The translations under genes and the position numbers were made by a program. The notes under the pieces are model-generated. The model was not told where the DNA came from and ran no database searches. It worked only from the letters and a program-made list of their open reading frames with translations. A DNA stretch of 64,000 nt from Candidatus Bathyarchaeota archaeon (GTDB taxonomy: Archaea > Thermoproteota > Bathyarchaeia > Bathyarchaeales > DTEX01): NCBI GenBank assembly GCA_963714275.1, contig CAVQNT010000002.1:672001-736000 (forward strand), given 5' to 3'. Below, in pieces: positions 11,552 to 21,695 of the stretch; the stretch's first letter is position 1; each line of letters begins with the position of its first letter.

Positions 11552-11775
11552 AATTCATCAACTAACGTTTGTACCTTTTAGAAAATAACTTTGACGCTGA
11601 AATGAACATGAATGCGCTGAAAATTGTGAAGAAAACAAAAATACGTAAACGTTAAATCAGAATCTAAAGTAGGGTCACGAAGGCTAAGGATGAACGCAAC
11701 CGCCTCGTGTGAACTTGATCCCTCACTTTGCACCACTCGCAGAAATATGCGTACGCTTTCCTCATATAAATCTTT
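11552..11775 (-). promoter_or_regulatory. his operon promoter (AAAGATTTATAT) and ~190-nt structured leader with uORF MRDQVHTRRLRSSLAFVTLL (11726-11664)
   Basis: BRE/TATA near 11775-11763; GTG uORF inside a long bulged hairpin; U-rich tract downstream. Confidence 0.55.
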
Positions 11776-11830
11776 CCATAGCAAATGACCCTAAAGGTGT
11801 ATGTTGAACTTTTTTATAAAATTTCCGAAT

Positions 11831-12925
11831 TCATGGATTATTACATCTGTAAATTCTCAGGTTGGCGGTGTTTGATTCACTATGTTTTCTGTAAAGTCTT
11901 TTCTCACCTGTTTCAGCATTACACAACACGACAGCGTTCCCAGCGTCTACTCCAATCCACCACAGCCCAACAAAGTCCTCCAGATACTGAAAAGGAATGT
12001 TCCCGATTCTTCCAAGCATCACCTCTTTTGGCTCAATAGACTCTTTTTCTGCCACATTAAGGAAGTCGTCTTTTCTCATATCCATTGAATCATTCATTGA
12101 CTTAAGGTCTAATTTGTCTATTGTGAATTGATGCCACAAATCGATGAAAAGCGTGGGTTTAACCAGCTCCTTCACAGCGATCTCGTAGACTTCGGGATCG
12201 TGTTCTTTCAATGCAACCAGGTATTCTCTGCCTAAACTGACTGATGGTTGACACAGGACGCTGCAAGGCACATGGGCAACAACTTTTAATTCAATGGGAA
12301 CAGATTTTTCCAAGCCTTTATCGACTATTGACTCGTAGAACAAATAGTCCTCTTGCGACTTCCGCTTTTCCCTTTCACTAGTGAACCTTTCGGTGCAACA
12401 TTCAGGGTATCCGAAGGCTGTCCCGAGGATTCTGTCAAACAACTCCATGGATTGTTGCGTCTGGGAATGCTGAGTTTTTGCTATGGCATATTGAGTGAGG
12501 AAATTCGTCAGTCCCTCGAAATCTTTTGTTATGATGATTTCAGAGGACGGGTTTAATGTGCCGCCTGCAAGATTTAGAGGAATTAACTTGCCTTCCGTCA
12601 GCGAACCCCAAAACTTTTCATACTCATTCAAGTTTGCAGACAAGCACTGAAAACGGTAATTCCTGGTCTCAACGTACCATGGAAGAGCCTTCACTTTTAC
12701 TTCTACGCTTTTTTGAAGGGAAGTTGGGTAACAAATCCTTATGGGATTGGGGGAATGCTCAAACCAAACGAGGTTAAGATCTGTCAAAAGTTCAATGAAG
12801 TTCGCGTAGTCTTCGCCGTGAAGTTCGAACTCCACTCTGACAGCAGGCTTCTTTCCTCGTATGATGGCTGCAAGTTGGGCGACGAAGGCTGGCTGTTTTC
12901 GGGCAAAATCTTCAATTAGCCTCAT
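11831..12925 (-). CDS. Hypothetical protein, DUF483-like Cys-motif domain
   Basis: FGYPECC and HVPCSVLC motifs; 364-aa intact ORF. Confidence 0.6.
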   Translation of the reverse strand: MRLIEDFARKQPAFVAQLAAIIRGKKPAVRVEFELHGEDYANFIELLTDLNLVWFEHSPNPIRICYPTSLQKSVEVKVKALPWYVETRNYRFQCLSANLNEYEKFWGSLTEGKLIPLNLAGGTLNPSSEIIITKDFEGLTNFLTQYAIAKTQHSQTQQSMELFDRILGTAFGYPECCTERFTSEREKRKSQEDYLFYESIVDKGLEKSVPIELKVVAHVPCSVLCQPSVSLGREYLVALKEHDPEVYEIAVKELVKPTLFIDLWHQFTIDKLDLKSMNDSMDMRKDDFLNVAEKESIEPKEVMLGRIGNIPFQYLEDFVGLWWIGVDAGNAVVLCNAETGEKRLYRKHSESNTANLRIYRCNNP

Positions 12926-13016
12926 AACACGGAAACATAGTCGAATAAACGAGATAAAGGTTCTTTCACGAATCCATAATCGTGATGAAAGAACCCCGAA
13001 AAGACATCTTTGGTGA

Positions 13017-13817
13017 TTATTTTATGTATTTTTTCAGAGCTGCCTTAACGTCTAAGCCTTCGTGGACGATGCCGCAGATCACGCGGACCATGCTTGCGGG
13101 GTCTTTGTGTTGAAAGACGTTTCTTCCGGTTGCCGCGCCAGCTCCTCCAGCTTTCACTGAATCGTAGACCATCTGGCAAAACTCCGCTTCTGTCTCGGTT
13201 TTCGGTCCGCCCGCCATAATAACAGGAACTGGGCAGCCCTTAACAACCTCTTTGAACGTTTCCAGACTGCCAGTGTAGTTGGTTTTCACGATGTCGGCTC
13301 CGAGCTCAGCGCCTATACGCGCGGCGTGCTTGACAACCTCAACGTCGTACTGGTTCTTAATCTTCTCTCCCCTTGGGTAGACCATGGCTAAAAGCGGCAT
13401 GCCCCAGTCTTCGCATATTTTGGTAACTTCGCCGAGAACCCGTAGCTGTGCAGGTTCAGTTTTCGAGCCGACGTTAATGTGTATCGATACAGCGTCAGCG
13501 CCTAACTTAATCGCCTCAAGAACGTCAGCAACCAACACTTTGTCGTTTGGGTCAGACCCTAGCGAGGTGCTTCCTGAAAGGTGCATTATGAGGCCAATGT
13601 CTTTGCCGTAGCCTCTGTATCCCGCTCTTATGATGCCTTTATGCAGAAGCACGGCGTTCGCTCCGCCTTCCGCTACCTTGTTCACGGCGGTTCTCATGTC
13701 CTCTAAGCCGCGGATTGGACCGTCGGTTAATCCGTGATCCATGGGAATGATGACGGTCCTTCCGGTGTCTCTTTTCATGATTCTGTCCAGTCTGATTCTT
13801 TTTCCGATTTCTGTCAC
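13017..13817 (-). CDS. aroA': 2-amino-3,7-dideoxy-D-threo-hept-6-ulosonate synthase (AroA', class I aldolase)
   Basis: [34 protein letters not shown]; divergent from the shikimate operon. Confidence 0.88.
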   Translation of the reverse strand: MTEIGKRIRLDRIMKRDTGRTVIIPMDHGLTDGPIRGLEDMRTAVNKVAEGGANAVLLHKGIIRAGYRGYGKDIGLIMHLSGSTSLGSDPNDKVLVADVLEAIKLGADAVSIHINVGSKTEPAQLRVLGEVTKICEDWGMPLLAMVYPRGEKIKNQYDVEVVKHAARIGAELGADIVKTNYTGSLETFKEVVKGCPVPVIMAGGPKTETEAEFCQMVYDSVKAGGAGAATGRNVFQHKDPASMVRVICGIVHEGLDVKAALKKYIK

Positions 13818-13945
13818 TTTTAATACACCTTAGTTGGATGGTTTGGTCTGAACTGCCCGTAAAATAAACGAGGTTAAGGCATAAAAGATTTTGCTTTAAT
13901 AAAAGTATATGCCATCTTGTTGTCAGTTTTTATAGATTCTTCTGG

Positions 13946-14109
13946 TCTGTTTTGTTCAACATCAGGTTTTGCTGTTTGAATAACATTTGCTGTTTTCGAG
14001 AGGCTATCTGATTTGTGTAACAATCAAGTTTTCCGTTTGCATAACAATATTAAAACTTGTGAAAAATGACCTGTTTTAAAGCATGTTTGTTTCGCGGTTT
14101 TGGAACAAT
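13946..14109 (+). repeat. Tandem copies of the 42-bp repeat (13946-13987, 14007-14048, degenerate ~14070-14109)
   Basis: TCTGTTTTGTTCAACATCAGGTTTTGCTGTTTGAATAACATT and TCTGATTTGTGTAACAATCAAGTTTTCCGTTTGCATAACAAT, period ~61-63 bp. Confidence 0.75.
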
Positions 14110-14236
14110 TTGACCAAATTTGTAGTTAGTTTCTAGGCTGAACATTTTTTATAAAACGGTCATGAAAGAGTGTTCTCTGTTTTCACAAGGCTTAAATACG
14201 ACTTAAAGGTAGAAACGTGGCGCGGAGAACCCGAAA

Positions 14237-14323
14237 ATGCACAGAAAATGTTCATTAAGGCTTCTCGGCACGATCCGTGCGTTTCGTTTCTTTAGCTGGT
14301 ATACTAAATATACCACATATTAG
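14237..14323 (+). CDS. Putative leader peptide of the lysC-aro operon, MHRKCSLRLLGTIRAFRFFSWYTKYTTY
   Basis: Translated by hand; GGAG at 14224-14227 upstream; 7 of the last 13 codons are F/W/Y; TATA-like CTTAAATA at 14191-14198. Confidence 0.55.
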   Translation: MHRKCSLRLLGTIRAFRFFSWYTKYTTY

Positions 14324-14326
14324 GCT

Positions 14327-14375
14327 GGAAGAGCCAACACATTCGCATTCCATCCGTCTCTGGTTCTTCCTTTTT
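14327..14375 (+). terminator. Hairpin plus U-tract in the lysC-aro leader (attenuator-like)
   Basis: GGAAGAGCCA (14327-36) pairs with TGGTTCTTCC (14361-70): 10 bp with one G-U, 24-nt loop, followed by TTTTT. Confidence 0.55.
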
Positions 14376-14388
14376 GGGGTTGTTGAAA

Positions 14389-15664
14389 ATGAGTGTAAAC
14401 AAAAATAGAAAGATGCTCGGTCGAATCGTCGTCAAGTTCGGCGGCACAAGCCTAGCTGACGGACTCGGCATTTTCCACGCCGCGGAATCCGTTATCAAAA
14501 AAGCGAAGCAGGGCGTTCAAGTAGTGGTTATTGTCTCAGCTATGGGAAAATCCACAGATGCTTTGATTGAAACGACTCGCCAAGCCTGCGAAGGCTCGGG
14601 TTCAAACGTGGACTTAGACGACGTCGTCGCAATGGGCGAACGCATTAGCGCTAGAATCTTTTCAGCCACGCTGAAGGCACAAGGAATATACAGTCATTAT
14701 CTGGACCCTTCACATCAAGACTGGCCAATCATTACGGACGACAATTTCGGGAACGCCAGCCCCATTTTGCCTGTTTGCGAGAAACTAATCAAACATCATG
14801 TTCAGCCATTGCTTGAGAAAGGTGTGACGGTTGTCGTTCCTGGCTTCATCGGCAGAACTGAAGACGGCAGAACAACGACGATGGGAAGGGGAGGAAGCGA
14901 CATAACGGCTTTTGTCTTGGCTCAAGCCTTGTCTGCAGACCTGATTTTGTTAGTCACTGACGTTCAGGGCATATTGACGGCTGACCCGAAAATCATCAAG
15001 AACCCTCGGAAGCTCAACGAAATATCAATCGACAACCTTATAGGGTTAGCTGACTCCGGAACCAAATTCATCCATAAAAAAGCCTTAAAGTACAAGACAC
15101 CCAAAATAGACGTAAAAGTCGTCAGCAACGCCTCCAGCGACTTGGATTTGGATGGAACCTTGATACGTGGAGGGTTCCCCCAAAACCTGCTTGTCGAATC
15201 GCACCCAGACTCAGCCGCAGCAATCACAATAGTGGGAAGGGGTCTTTCGGAATCACCTCAGACTCTTTTTAGGGTTTTCAGTGAGATTTCGAAGGCTGAC
15301 GCTCAGCTTTTGGGGATGTCTGTTAACCATAATTCCATAATTTTGTATCTGCCTTCGAAGGCTGCTGAAGGCATCCTAGAATCCATCCATTCGATCGTGG
15401 TCAGCGACGAAAAGGCTCAAGCTGATGGCGGTGAAAAAGGACCTTACTTTTGTTAGGGTTAAAGGTGTCGGGTTAGAGGACACTCCTGGAGTTGTAAGCA
15501 ACATAACTAAAGCCTTAAACTCTGAGGGTGTCAACATCTATGGGATTTTCACTATCACGTCAAGCGTTGTGATCTTCGTGGACTTTAAGGACGAGGAAAA
15601 AACGGTTCGTCTAATGAAAAAAACCTTGACAATGAATCACAATGGGCAATTTAAAGCCCTTTAA
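14389..15664 (+). CDS. lysC: Aspartate kinase with two ACT domains (frameshift near 15425)
   Basis: VVKFGGTS, VSAMG, MGRGGSD, TDVQGILTADPK. Confidence 0.93.
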
Positions 15665-15678
15665 AGGAGACGAAGAAG

Positions 15679-16774
15679 ATGCGGGAACTATGGGTTAAAA
15701 TCAATCCTAACTTATCCTTGAAGGGAAAGAAGATGGTTGTCGAAAAGACGGCTACGTTAGTTTCAGTCTTCATTGTTGAACCTCAGGACCTCGAATTAGT
15801 GAAAGAGTCGGGAGCGAAGACAACAGCAAGTTCGACTGAAAAAGGAGACATAATGATAGTAGAAGGTCCCAAAGAAATCGCCAAAGCTAGACAGACTGGA
15901 AAGAAAACGTGCATTCTTGTGACGGTGAAATCAAAAGCGGACGAAGCCAAAATCGAGGCTGCAGACTGAGGCTTCAACAGACTATGTAGCGGTTGAGTGC
16001 CCAGACTGGAAAGTCATTCCTTTAGAGAATCTCATCGCGAAGGTGCACGGGAAAACTAAGCTGCTGGCTGTTGCATTAAGCGTGCAAGAGGCAAAGACGG
16101 CGCTTGAGACTCTTGAGATAGGGGTTGACGGAATCGTGGCATACCAGACGAACGTAAATGAAATAATAAAAATCAGCGAGGTCATAAAGGAAACCAAGAC
16201 AAGAACGGATGAGGAGGAGTCAATCAAAACAATATCGCTTCTCCCTGCCAGAGTGACCGAAATTAAACCTCTTAGCTCAGGAGCTCGGGTATGCATAGAC
16301 ACATGCGATCTCATGAGGGAAGGCGAAGGCTTGCTCGTCGGATGCCAGTCTAACGGTCTTTTCCTCGTCGAAGCTGAGGTTCATGAAACACCGTTCGTTG
16401 CTCCTCGCCCGTTCAGAGTTAATGCTGGGTCAATCTCGCTTTATGTTCTTGCGCCGGACGGTAAAACCCGGTACCTTTCGGAGCTTAAAGCTGGAGACGA
16501 GGTGCTGATAATTGACCGAAACGGAAGACCGAGAACGACGAACATAGGTCGCGTAAAAATAGAGTGGCGACCGTTGCTGATGATTGAGGCTGAATGCCAA
16601 GGGAAAACTGTCAAAACAATATTGCAAAACGCTGAAACCATAAGAGTCGTCACGGAAAAAGGAAGCAAATCCGTTAAAGACATGAAAGCTGGCGACACAA
16701 TTATGGTGCGGTTTGAGGAGGGCGGCAGACACTTCGGAACCCTTGTTAAAGAAGAGAAAGTGATTGAAAGGTGA
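15679..16774 (+). CDS. aroB': 3-dehydroquinate synthase II (AroB'; frameshift near 15965)
   Basis: DWKVIPLENL, RVCIDTC, RPFRVNAG, YLSEL, LQNAETI, GRHFG. Confidence 0.92.
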
Positions 16775-17470
16775 AGCCTAGAATCTGTGTTCCGCTGCCG
16801 GTCGAAAGGCTCTCTGACCTTACATCAATGATTAAAAGAGCTGAGAACGCGGGGGCGGACTTAATCGAGATACGTTTAGACTACTTAAAAGACACCCAAA
16901 GTCAGCTGAGATGCCGTGAAAGAGGTAATCAGCCAAGTTTCAGTGCCCCTAATTGCTACAAACAGGGAGCACAGCCAAGGAGGAAAACGGGTCCAAAAAG
17001 AAGAACTGAGAGTTCAAACTTTGGTTAAAGCAGCTGAAATCGGTTTTCAGTACGTCGACATCGAATTGACCACGGCAAGTTTAGAAACAATTGTCAAAAA
17101 AATTCTGGACTGCAGTTCAAAACCCATCATCTCATTCCACGATTTTAAAGGCACGCCTTCAGACTCGGAAATGGAAAACATCGTAAATTCACAGATTAAG
17201 GCAGGAGCGTCCATCTGCAAGTTAGTCACAACAGCAAAAATCCTCGACGACAGCGTCAGATGCCTACTTTTCACTCAAAAAATGAGCAATGTCACGGACA
17301 TCGTTTGCTTCGCCATGGGCAGCCAAGGCGTCCTTTCAAGGATTCTTTCGCCTTTGTTCGGGGGATTTTTTACCTTCTCTGCGCTTGAGGTTGGCTTAGA
17401 GACTTCTTCGGGCCAAATCTCATTAACCGAGCTAAAAGAACTCTACAGGAAATTAGGTGTCAACGCATGA
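16771..17470 (+). CDS. aroD: Type I 3-dehydroquinate dehydratase (frameshifted)
   Basis: ADLIEIRLD, ISFHDF, FAMG..G..SR, GQI. Confidence 0.9.
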
Positions 17471-18348
17471 AGATCTCAGGGAAAACTAAGGTCTGCGGGT
17501 TGATAGGAGACCCAGTAGAGCACTCTTTAAGCCCTTGTTTTCAAAACGCTGCTTTTCAGAATCGAGGCTTAGACTTTGTTTACGTCGTTTTTAAAGTAGA
17601 AAAGGGAGGACTTGAAGCAGTCATCGCAGGAATGCGGAGCTTAGGGATATTCGGGTTAAATGTTACGATGCCTTACAAGATCGATGTTATCCAGTATCTC
17701 GACGAGTTAGACGAGACAGCGAAAAGCATCGGATCAGTCAACACCATTCTAAACAAGAAAGGAAAGCTAATTGGGTTCACGACGGATGGCAAAGGCGCCC
17801 TCGAAGCCCTAAAATACAATGGCGTAGAGCTGCCAGGAAAAAAAGTAGTGGTCTTAGGAGCTGGAGGTGCTTCCAGATCAGTTTCTTTGACTCTGGCTAA
17901 AGAGGTTAAGGAACTAGTGATCCTAAATAGGACTTTAGGGAAAGCCGAGGAACTCGTCAAAGAACTCAAGACGACTCAGGCTGTCAATGCATCCGTTAAA
18001 GCTGAAGAACTCAATCATCATAATGCTCAACAGGAGCTGCGGAACGCTGACATCCTCGTCAACGCAACATCCATGGGCATGCGTCCGCATGACAGGTTGA
18101 TGCCGGTGGATTCGTCGTTTCTACGGTCTGATTTGGTGGTTTTCGACCTCGTTTACGAACCTCTTGAGACAAGGCTGCTTGTGGAAGCAAAGAAAAAGGG
18201 AGCGACAACAATAGACGGACTGACCATGCTTGTGTTTCAAGGAGCCGTTTCCTTCGAAACTTGGACAGGCGTAAAGGCGCCAGTGGAAGTGATGATGGAG
18301 GCTGCTGCAGAGGAAATAGCTCAAAGGTCAACAAGTAAAAGGGGATAA
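17467..18348 (+). CDS. aroE: Shikimate dehydrogenase
   Basis: HSLSP, NVTMPYK, SVNT, GAGGAS, NATSMGM, MLVFQG. Confidence 0.95.
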   Translation: MKISGKTKVCGLIGDPVEHSLSPCFQNAAFQNRGLDFVYVVFKVEKGGLEAVIAGMRSLGIFGLNVTMPYKIDVIQYLDELDETAKSIGSVNTILNKKGKLIGFTTDGKGALEALKYNGVELPGKKVVVLGAGGASRSVSLTLAKEVKELVILNRTLGKAEELVKELKTTQAVNASVKAEELNHHNAQQELRNADILVNATSMGMRPHDRLMPVDSSFLRSDLVVFDLVYEPLETRLLVEAKKKGATTIDGLTMLVFQGAVSFETWTGVKAPVEVMMEAAAEEIAQRSTSKRG

Positions 18349-18352
18349 TAAT

Positions 18353-19224
18353 GTGGCTGACGTTGGAAAAGCGGTTGCGTATGGTGCTGTGACCGTCATA
18401 AACGCCATCTCATGCGGATTTGGTGCTGCCCTCAGCATCGACCTAAAAACTGAAGCCACCGTGAAACTGACTGACGAACCGGGTCGGATTAAGGGGCGAA
18501 TATTGTCAGACCTAGAGGAAAGCCCAGCTCTCATTGAGAAGACTGTTAGTCAAGTTTTTAGATGGTTCGATCTTGAACATGAACATGGCGCTTACGTGGA
18601 AACGCAATCGAACATTCCCATAGCACGCGGTCTAAAAAGCAGCAGCGTGGCAGCTAACGCAATAACGCTTGCATCACTAGCAGCATTGGGAAAAAAAGTT
18701 AGTGACCTAACTGCAGTCAACATCGGAGTGGACGCAGCCTTGGATGCTGGAGTTACAATTACAGGCGCATTTGACGATGCTTGCGCATCCTTTTTCGGAG
18801 GCATCGTAATCACCGACAATTTTAGAAGAAAAATTATGAAAAAGATTCAGCCTCCAGAAAAGCATCCAATTCTGATACATGCGCCCACAGCCAAAGCTTA
18901 CACGGCTGATTCGAACGTGCGGAAAATGAAAATCATATCTGAGGAGGCGAAGGCTCTTCACAGAATGGCTTTTCGCGGAGACTGGATGGCAGCCATGACG
19001 CTGAATGGATTATTATATTCAGTGGTTCTGGAATACGACCCAAACACAGCTATCGACGCACTGGAAGCAGGAGCTCAGCTGCAGGATTATCGGGAAAGGG
19101 ACCAGCAGTCGCTGCCGTTGTTCCACGAGAAAACGTCAACAGCGTAAGGGAAGCATGGAAAAAGTTTGGCGGCAACGTAATTGAGGCTAAGATTAACACT
19201 GAGAAAGCCCACAGATTATGGTGA
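18353..19224 (+). CDS. aroK: Archaeal GHMP-type shikimate kinase (frameshift near 19075)
   Basis: TVINAI, PIARGLKSSS, TGAFDDA, GLSGKGP in the shifted frame. Confidence 0.9.
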
Positions 19225-20525
19225 CCAATGTGACTGATCTCATCGTTAAACAAGTAGAAAGCCTAGACGGAACCGTTAAAGCGCCTCCTTCAAAGTCTTT
19301 CACGCACCGAGTCATAATCGCTACTTCGCTTTCGGAAGGTCGCTCGATAATCAAAAACGCGCTTTTCTGCGACGACACGTCGGCGACCCTTGAAGCATGC
19401 CGTATGCTGGGAGCCAGAATAGACCAGAATGAATATGGTGCCCTAAAAATTGATGGGCGTTCTAAGCCTTTAACGCCTGAAGATGTGATTGACTGCCGAG
19501 ACTCAGCTTCGACGATGCGGTTTCTCGCCCCAGTCTGCGCGTTAGCGGACGGCATATCGGTGTTAACGGGCGGAGAAAGCCTTCGCCTGAGACCCATGGA
19601 ACCTGTTTTGTCAACGTTGATGCAGCTAGGCGTTCTTTGTTATTCTGCGAGGGGAGACAATCATCCGCCATTGATTGTTTTCGGAGGAGGAATCACAGGT
19701 GGCGAAGTCGTTCTCAAAGGAGACGTAAGCTCACAGTTTACGTCAGGATTGCTTTTTGCATCGCCTTTGGGAGAGAAAGACACAGATATTATATTGTCGA
19801 CTCCTCTCGAGTCCAGACCTTACGTGGAAATGACGCTGGATGTTCTGAGAAAGCATGGGTTAAATTTTGAGGTCCAACGCGATTACGGGCAGTTCCACGT
19901 GCCTTGCCAGCAAACTTACAGTCCATCCGACCACGTTATAGAAGGCGACTATTCGTCAGCAGCGTTTCTTCTGGCAGCAGCAGCCATAACAAAATCGAAC
20001 GTAAAGTTAACGAACCTTCGAAGCGATTCAGTTCAAGGTGACCGTGCAATCGTCAAACTGCTCAGGGAAATGGGCGTTCAAGTCAAGGTGGGTAAAGGCT
20101 CCGTAGAAGTCCAAAACGTGAAAAACGAGTTAAGACCCATAGATGTGGACCTTAAAGACAACCCAGACTTAATCCCAGTGATGACTGTTGCTTCTTGTTT
20201 TGCAGACGGAAAATCCCTTATTCGCGGTACGAAGAGACTGCGACTTAAGGAGTCTGACCGTGAAACTGCTTTGCTCAGCGAGTTGATGAAGGTGGGCGCA
20301 AAAATCAAGTCCACCAAAGGCATAATACAGGTCGAAGGCACAAAAAATCTCAAAGGGGCACAGTTGGATTCGCACGGGGATCACAGGATAGCGATGGCTT
20401 GCGTTGTCGCTAGTTTAAGGGCTGCCGGAACAACAACCGTTAAGGGCATCGAATGCATAAATAAGTCGTACCCCGATTTTGTTAGAGACATCGTTTCCTT
20501 GGGAGCGGATGTTGTTGAGCGGTAA
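19218..20525 (+). CDS. aroA: EPSP synthase
   Basis: PPSKSFTHR, SSQF, LRLKESDR, DHRIAMA, KSYPDF. Confidence 0.96.
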   Translation: MVTNVTDLIVKQVESLDGTVKAPPSKSFTHRVIIATSLSEGRSIIKNALFCDDTSATLEACRMLGARIDQNEYGALKIDGRSKPLTPEDVIDCRDSASTMRFLAPVCALADGISVLTGGESLRLRPMEPVLSTLMQLGVLCYSARGDNHPPLIVFGGGITGGEVVLKGDVSSQFTSGLLFASPLGEKDTDIILSTPLESRPYVEMTLDVLRKHGLNFEVQRDYGQFHVPCQQTYSPSDHVIEGDYSSAAFLLAAAAITKSNVKLTNLRSDSVQGDRAIVKLLREMGVQVKVGKGSVEVQNVKNELRPIDVDLKDNPDLIPVMTVASCFADGKSLIRGTKRLRLKESDRETALLSELMKVGAKIKSTKGIIQVEGTKNLKGAQLDSHGDHRIAMACVVASLRAAGTTTVKGIECINKSYPDFVRDIVSLGADVVER

Positions 20526-21616
20526 CTCAATAAGCAAAATTCTGGTCGTCACATGCTTCGGAGAAAGCCACGGACCATGCGTCGGAGCAGTTGTAGATGG
20601 ATGTCCAGCGGGTTTACCCATAACTTCCGATGACATACAAACTGAGTTAAACAAGAGAAAATCTGGATTAACAGCAGTCAGTACGCCGAGGAGGGAAGAA
20701 GACCAAGTCGAGATTCTTTCAGGAGTCTTCAATGGGCATACTACCGGCGCACCGATCTGTCTGATTATTGGGAACCGGGATGTTGAACCGGAAGCCTACG
20801 AGCATATGAGACACAAACCTAGACCTGGACACGCTGATTACATAGCCTACATGAAATACGGCGGATTCAACGATTACAGAGGCGGAGGACGATTCTCCGG
20901 ACGTGTCACAGCAGCATACGTCGCGGCGGGAGCAATCGCCAAGAAACTGTTGACACAAATAAGCGTTGAAGTATTAGCGCACACGGTTCAAATCGGTAAG
21001 ATAAAAATCACAAAAAATGTTTCATACGACCAAATTCGCGAGAACGTTTATGATAATGCTGTCCGCTGTGCAGTGCTCGAATCCGCTGATCTCATGGAAA
21101 AAGAAATCCTGAAGGCTGCGGAAGAAGGGGATAGCCTTGGAGGTGTAGTTGAGGTTATTGCCTTAAACGTTCCAGCTGGACTGAGGTGAGCCAGTTTTTG
21201 ACTCGTTGGATTCGGACATTGCTAAGATGATGTTCAATATTCCAGCCGTTAAAGGCGTGGAGTTTGGCGCTGGTTTTCAGGTGGCTTCTCTAAAAGGTTC
21301 AGAAAACAACGATGCATATGTCATACGGAAAGGAAAGGTTACCTCTCCAACCAACAATGCAGGTGGGGTTCTGGGCGGACTCTCAACAGGCATGCCGATT
21401 GTCTTAAGGGTCGCGTTTAAGCCAACGTCCTCAATAGCGAAAAGGCAAAAAACTGTTGATCTGACAAAAATGAAGGAAACCGAGATTGAAGTTGCGGGTA
21501 GACATGATTTGTGCATCGTGCCGCGTGCTGTGCCAGTCGTGGAATCTTGCCTTGCTTTGGTTCTGGCGGATCATGCGCTCAGAGCTGGGAAGATACCTAA
21601 AGTAATTAAGGCTTAA
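20509..21616 (+). CDS. aroC: Chorismate synthase (frameshift near 21185)
   Basis: FGESHG, RPGHAD, GGGRFSGR, IPAVKGVEFG, FKPTSSI, GRHD. Confidence 0.95.
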
Positions 21617-21695
21617 TTTTGGATTCTGTCTTCTTTTCACGTTTCAGAACAGTAGGCTTTAATGTCTATTATGATTCTATCGTTTATAGACCGTT

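Noticed and set aside
11552-11775. T-box riboswitch reading of the his and ilv leaders
   Set aside because: No T-box consensus or Stem I motifs, and the UGGN sequences do not match the expected tRNA discriminator bases.
13946-14109. Tandem 42-bp units as a CRISPR array
   Set aside because: Units are too divergent, spacers are only about 19-21 bp, single copies are dispersed, and no cas genes are present.
14217-14295. Other short frames in the aro leader (MARRTRKCTENVH, MFIKASRHDPCVSFL)
   Set aside because: No pathway-related codon bias and weaker SD placement; kept only as alternatives.
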